Shown: in pieces, positions 59,464 to 64,000 of the stretch
How positions within the stretch are numbered: the stretch's first letter is position 1
Layout of the letters: each line of letters opens with the position of its first letter
Source of the DNA: Nanobdellota archaeon
Lineage (GTDB): Archaea > Nanobdellota > Nanobdellia > Pacearchaeales > GW2011-AR1
DNA: 64,000 nucleotides
Assembly: GCA_038046245.1 (NCBI GenBank)
Contig: JBBSWO010000003.1
Location: 118,959-182,958 of the forward strand
Direction of reading: 5' to 3'
Made by a program: the position numbers and the translations under genes
The notes under the pieces: generated by a model
Databases searched by the model: none
What the model was told of the DNA's origin: nothing
The model's input: the letters and a program-made list of their open reading frames with translations, nothing else

Positions 59464-60660
59464 ATGACAAAAACAGAAAATGAAATCCCCGAAATTAATG
59501 TAGGAGTTGTGGGACACATCGACCACGGAAAGACAACTTTGCTTAGTAAGCTTACTGGAAAATTCACAGACACACATTCTGAAGAATTAAAGAGAGGAAT
59601 AACCATAAAATTAGGATATGCTGAAACCATAATCTCTAAGGATAAGGACGGATTTAACAATCAAGGAAGAGGCATTCCTCAAAGATACGTCAGTTTTATC
59701 GACGCGCCTGGTCACGAAATGCTTATGGCCACAATGCTTTCAGGCGCAGCAATCGTCGACGCTGCCATTCTTGTGATTGCTGCAAATGAAGGAATAAAAC
59801 CTCAGACAAGAGAGCACTTCGTCGCATTGCAGGCAAAAAAAATAAAGGATATAATAATTGTCCAGAATAAAATAGACTTAGTGACAAGAGAGCAAGCGAT
59901 TAAAAATTATAATGAAATAAAAGAATTTGTCAAAGGCACGATTGCAGAAAATTCCCCAATAATTCCGGTCTCAGCACAACAGGAATTAAACATAGACAAA
60001 ATTTTCGAGGCATTATGTTCTATAGACATTTCAAAACACGACCAAACCAAAACCCCATGTTTTTTGGTCGCAAGAAGCTTTGACATAAACAAACCAGGAA
60101 CAGAAATAAAAAATCTTAGAGGAGGGATTCTTGGGGGAATATTAAAACATGGAACATTAAAAGTTGGAGATGAAATTGAAATAAAACCTGGAAGGGTTGT
60201 AAAAAAAGCAAACCAAAAGTTCTACGAACCATTAACAACAAAAATTCTTTCACTACATAAAGGCGCAAAAACTATGGATGAAGTTTATCCAGGAGCCAGC
60301 ATTTCAATAGAAACATCTTTGGATCCAATATTGACAAAGGCAGACACTTTAGCAGGATGTTTGGTTTCAAGAAAAGGTGACCTTCCAGAAATAGCTTACA
60401 AAATAAGAATAAAGGCAACATTGTTCAATGAAGTTTTGGGGATTGAGACACACAAGCCAGTAGACCCGTTAAAAACAAAAGAGATGCTTATGCTCAGTGT
60501 CAACACAACAATCACGGTTGGAAGTGTCGAAAAGATAACAAAAAATGAAGTCGAGCTTTCTTTGAATATTCCCATAGTCCCGATAAAGGGAGACAATGTC
60601 GGAATCGCAAGAAACATTGACAGCCACTGGAGATTGATAGGCTTTGGGGAAATCATATAA
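59464..60660 (+). CDS. eif2g: Translation initiation factor aIF2 gamma subunit
   Basis: VGVVGHIDHGKTTL, DAPGH, NKIDL. Confidence 0.9.
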   Translation: MTKTENEIPEINVGVVGHIDHGKTTLLSKLTGKFTDTHSEELKRGITIKLGYAETIISKDKDGFNNQGRGIPQRYVSFIDAPGHEMLMATMLSGAAIVDAAILVIAANEGIKPQTREHFVALQAKKIKDIIIVQNKIDLVTREQAIKNYNEIKEFVKGTIAENSPIIPVSAQQELNIDKIFEALCSIDISKHDQTKTPCFLVARSFDINKPGTEIKNLRGGILGGILKHGTLKVGDEIEIKPGRVVKKANQKFYEPLTTKILSLHKGAKTMDEVYPGASISIETSLDPILTKADTLAGCLVSRKGDLPEIAYKIRIKATLFNEVLGIETHKPVDPLKTKEMLMLSVNTTITVGSVEKITKNEVELSLNIPIVPIKGDNVGIARNIDSHWRLIGFGEII

Positions 60661-60742
60661 TACCAAATTTTCTTATGCATTAATAGCTAACCTAAGGTTT
60701 TCTTACCAAAATATATTTAAACTCCAGATTTCTAATCATTCA

Positions 60743-61753
60743 ATGCAAAAAGGGTTTAAAATAAGAGGAGAATTTTTACTAATCACAGTTTTGTTCTTAG
60801 TTCTTGCAATAGGATTTGTAATTGCAGAAGGCAACAGCACAAATTCAACGGACACTGGTTCTAACAACACCAATAGCACTAATAATGAAACAAATCAGAC
60901 AGGAAATAATCAGACAAACAACGAAACAAACCAGAGCATAACATGCACGAATGATGACAGTTGTGCCGATGGATATGAATGCAAGGACAACAAATGTATT
61001 TTAGAAGACAAAGAAGACAACAAAAACGAGACGGATGATAAAAATGAAACAGAAGATGACGATGAAAATGAGACTAGTGATAATTTTGACAAAGTGTGCT
61101 GCAAATTCTACATGAAGCAGCAAAGAGGAAATGAAATTGAAGAAAAAACAAAATACCTTTGGATAGACAGGACTTCATGCATAACTGAAGAAGGCGAAAG
61201 AGACAAGATATTCACAAAAGACATAATGAATGACAGCTCTTTATGCAGAGGAAAATTAGAAGTGAGAGAAAGACAAAGATTAAAATTCGAAGATAGGACA
61301 AACCAAACATGTCCTACAAACTGCACTTGCATGGGTGTTGTTATGAAGTGCCCACTTGAGGGTGGCGGAAGTCAAATGACAATATTCGCAGGAAAATCAG
61401 GGAACATAATAATACAAATCAAAGGAGAAAACATGACGACTAATGTAACAATATACAACGACAATGGAACATTAATTGGAGAATTTGGGAATGGAGAAAT
61501 TAAAGAGATAAAAATAACCCCCGATCAATTAAAAGTAAAGTTCAGGGAAAAAGAAAAAATTGAGTTAGAAGATGAAGAAATAGAATTGAAAGACAACGGA
61601 TTCTACGAATACAAAGGAAAGAAAAATGCAAGGCTTCTTGCCGTAATTCCTGTAAAAGAGCATGTCACTTCAGAAATTGACCCTGAGACAGGAGAAGTAA
61701 AGGTAGTAAAAACTTCTTGGTGGGGATTTTTGGCTAGAGATAAGAAAGATTAA
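60743..61753 (+). CDS. Secreted Asn/Thr-rich, heavily sequon-decorated protein
   Basis: Signal/TM FLLITVLFLVLAIGFVIA. NSTDTGSNNTNSTNNETNQTGNNQTNNETNQS repeats. The track start at 60644 would overlap aIF2-gamma. Confidence 0.65.
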   Translation: MQKGFKIRGEFLLITVLFLVLAIGFVIAEGNSTNSTDTGSNNTNSTNNETNQTGNNQTNNETNQSITCTNDDSCADGYECKDNKCILEDKEDNKNETDDKNETEDDDENETSDNFDKVCCKFYMKQQRGNEIEEKTKYLWIDRTSCITEEGERDKIFTKDIMNDSSLCRGKLEVRERQRLKFEDRTNQTCPTNCTCMGVVMKCPLEGGGSQMTIFAGKSGNIIIQIKGENMTTNVTIYNDNGTLIGEFGNGEIKEIKITPDQLKVKFREKEKIELEDEEIELKDNGFYEYKGKKNARLLAVIPVKEHVTSEIDPETGEVKVVKTSWWGFLARDKKD

Positions 61754-61793
61754 TTTCCAAAAACCTTAAATATTCTGAAATGTTTAAAAACCA

Positions 61794-63560
61794 ATGAACA
61801 AAAATGTATTAGCTTTGGCGGTTCTTGTAAGTATACTGCTTGTCATAAACACGACATTTGTAGTGATAATTCAGTCAAGTAAAAGCGACTCGAACAGAAT
61901 AGCCTATGTCGGAGAGACAATAGGGAATGTTCTTTCAGGATATGATCAGCTAGAAATATTCAACAAGCCAGTGATAGAATCAAGCTTATCAAAAAAAACA
62001 ACTGCTTCAAAATCCACGACAATAAGATCAACTTCCACAATAACCAAAAAACCAAAGCCAGTAAATGATAATCCTCCTGCAGCAATGCAAAGATCAGCAA
62101 TAAGAGTAGTCAAAGATGACAACGGAAGAGAAATTTACACAGTAAATTACGACACGGACACAATCACTTTTCCAGATGGAAAGACCACCTCAATAATTAT
62201 TGACGGAAATGTAAACCCTTCACAAAATGATTATTATGACGCTTCACAAGCAGCAACAGCCTCACCTGTAGCTTGGCAGCAAATCCCTTATACAGAATTC
62301 AACGCCTTTGTTGAACAAAATTATTACAATGCAAATCAAGCAAATATAATTGATTTCCTAAACAAACTCGCACCAAGATTCGCATTAATGGAACAAACCA
62401 CAGGATGGAGTTCTGAAAAGTTTGGTTATGGAAAGTTGGATTTGTATATTGATGCAACAACATCTGGTTGTTTTGCGGGTTCTGCTATACCTGGAGAAGC
62501 ACATTTAAGTTTGTCTAATCCAATATATCAAACGTCATGCCAAAAACAATATTATCTCAATGGACAGCAACAATGGAATAATCCAGGACCATTAGGAGAT
62601 AATTGGATATATATTGCTTCAGGATTACATGAGTCTTTGCATTCAACAAACCCTTTACCCATTTACGCAAGACTATGGTTAACGGAAGGATTTTCAGAAT
62701 ACAATATGTACAACATATTAACAGCTAATAACGACATAAATCAAGAAACATCTGACACTTATTTGCACAATGGATTTAATGGATATCAGTGGAACGGCTA
62801 CGTTTCAAACAATTACAGAGACACAACTGTGAACGACAACGAAATACAAAAAAGCCCGGGCTATGACATAACTGCATGGATGTTTTCAATGTTAAGAGAT
62901 GATTATGGATTAAATTTTGATAGGTTTTATTACTTAGTTGATAACAACCTTGAAACCTTAGATAAAGCAGATTCTTTAAGGATAAATGCAGTCACATATC
63001 AGTATGATGATATGGCTGTCATAGACCTCTTTGGAAGAACACTTGGTAGAAATAATTTCGAAACTGAAACAAAACCTATATTCAGATACGACGGCTCAAG
63101 TGGACCTGGTTGGGGAGTAAGGGAATGGGTTTCAAGAGACTTTTATGCTGACTTAAGAACAACGATAGCTCCAGCCTTGATGTCAAATGTGGGATTAGGC
63201 CAGCAAGTAGCACTAACAGCAACAATTTACAACGACGGCCAAACAAACCTAGTAAATATTCCGGTAAGGATATATTATGACAAAGATGAAAACACAAGAG
63301 TAATTTTAAATGAACAGAATGTTAACATTAATGCTGGAAGCTTTGTACCTGTTTCCACAAGCATATCAAGTTCTGAAAATGCAGCATACGCAATCGTTGC
63401 GTCAGCCGATCCTGGAAACATAAAATTAGAAACAAATGAGGCAAACAACGCAGCAGTAAGTTTCATCTCATTCGGCGTCCAGCAAACAGGCTGCCCTTGG
63501 GAAAAAATTAATGGACATTGGGTACAAACATGTTCATCACAAGCAACACAGATTAAATAA
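61794..63560 (+). CDS. Secreted protein (588 aa) with an N-terminal TM/signal and a Thr/Ser-rich linker
   Basis: ORF, signal anchor. Confidence 0.7.
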   Translation: MNKNVLALAVLVSILLVINTTFVVIIQSSKSDSNRIAYVGETIGNVLSGYDQLEIFNKPVIESSLSKKTTASKSTTIRSTSTITKKPKPVNDNPPAAMQRSAIRVVKDDNGREIYTVNYDTDTITFPDGKTTSIIIDGNVNPSQNDYYDASQAATASPVAWQQIPYTEFNAFVEQNYYNANQANIIDFLNKLAPRFALMEQTTGWSSEKFGYGKLDLYIDATTSGCFAGSAIPGEAHLSLSNPIYQTSCQKQYYLNGQQQWNNPGPLGDNWIYIASGLHESLHSTNPLPIYARLWLTEGFSEYNMYNILTANNDINQETSDTYLHNGFNGYQWNGYVSNNYRDTTVNDNEIQKSPGYDITAWMFSMLRDDYGLNFDRFYYLVDNNLETLDKADSLRINAVTYQYDDMAVIDLFGRTLGRNNFETETKPIFRYDGSSGPGWGVREWVSRDFYADLRTTIAPALMSNVGLGQQVALTATIYNDGQTNLVNIPVRIYYDKDENTRVILNEQNVNINAGSFVPVSTSISSSENAAYAIVASADPGNIKLETNEANNAAVSFISFGVQQTGCPWEKINGHWVQTCSSQATQIK

Positions 63561-63641
63561 AATTAATCAAAAATTTATTTTATCTTCAACAACAGCAATA
63601 TTTAAATATCTCTTTTTTCTAATATAAAAAAGGTAATCAAA

Positions 63642-64000
63642 ATGAAAAAAGAGGTTAAGCTGCTTGTTTCTTTATCTGTAATATTAATTCTGTTCACTTC
63701 TCTTGCATCCGCAGGAATTATTGATGATATCTTCAAAAATATATTTGGTGGATTTCCTGTTCCAGGATTCCCGACAGGCCAGGTAACAAGCGGTGTAACT
63801 TGTGCCGACAGCGATGGATCAGATAATTTTTTAACAGCAGGAAGAACCACTATAAACGAAGTAACTGATTACATTGATTATTGTGTTGGAGATACAAACT
63901 ATGATTATTATTGCAGCACAAGTTCTTCTGGTGGTGGAACGAAAAGTAGCACTACAGCTTTATTCTTACCATTTGCATCAGGAATAACGGGAGCTACTGT
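63642..64000 (+). CDS. Secreted protein, partial (runs off the window end)
   Basis: ATG at 63642 followed by a signal peptide MKKEVKLLVSLSVILILFTSLASA. Confidence 0.5.
   Translation, partial: MKKEVKLLVSLSVILILFTSLASAGIIDDIFKNIFGGFPVPGFPTGQVTSGVTCADSDGSDNFLTAGRTTINEVTDYIDYCVGDTNYDYYCSTSSSGGGTKSSTTALFLPFASGITGAT

Noticed and set aside
63602-63850. 82-aa minus-strand ORF at the window end
   Set aside because: It overlaps the better-supported + strand gene starting at 63642 with a clear signal peptide.
1-64000. CRISPR arrays, rRNA genes, IS elements
   Set aside because: No regularly spaced direct repeats, no rRNA-like conserved stretches and no transposase or integrase-like ORFs were seen anywhere in the window.

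Overview
This window is AT-rich (roughly one third GC) and archaeal. It encodes a thermosome, aIF2-gamma, aIF5B, ribosomal proteins uS10 and eS6, ThyX, SerRS, an intron-containing tRNA-Tyr, and several proteins whose N-termini look like prepilin-peptidase (class III) signal peptides with the motif [KR]-x-[GA]|Q-hydrophobic. Coding density is high, and many secreted or membrane proteins are rich in N-x-S/T sequons. The overall picture fits a small-genome, possibly DPANN-like, archaeon. Lineage is inferred from gene content only.

Main content:
- 1-11.3 kb: a type IV pilus or archaellum-like locus. It has four small pilin-like genes and a giant vWA/LamG adhesin. It also has a FlaI/PilB-family ATPase, a split FlaJ/TadBC-like membrane pair and a KaiC/FlaH-like ATPase.
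- Housekeeping genes scattered through the window: tRNA-Gly, thermosome, CBS protein, TrxR, DEAD-box helicase, tRNA-Asp, SerRS, a CPA2 antiporter, two P-type ATPases, cyclophilin, ThyX, aIF5B, eS6 and aIF2-gamma.
- Accessory-looking segments:
  - a compositionally atypical two-gene insert at 15.3-17.0 kb;
  - a block of unknown genes around an intron-containing tRNA-Tyr, which is followed by a three-hairpin structured element and an AlbA_2/Schlafen-like protein (17.6-24.7 kb);
  - large Cys-rich and N-glycosylation-rich surface proteins;
  - a metzincin flanked by two unannotated small acidic ORFs;
  - an RRM-type glycine-rich RNA-binding protein, unusual for archaea;
  - a dockerin-bearing beta-helix protein;
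  - a tandem pair of PD-(D/E)xK (Hjc-like) nuclease-domain paralogs.

No CRISPR array, rRNA or recognisable transposase/integrase was seen.
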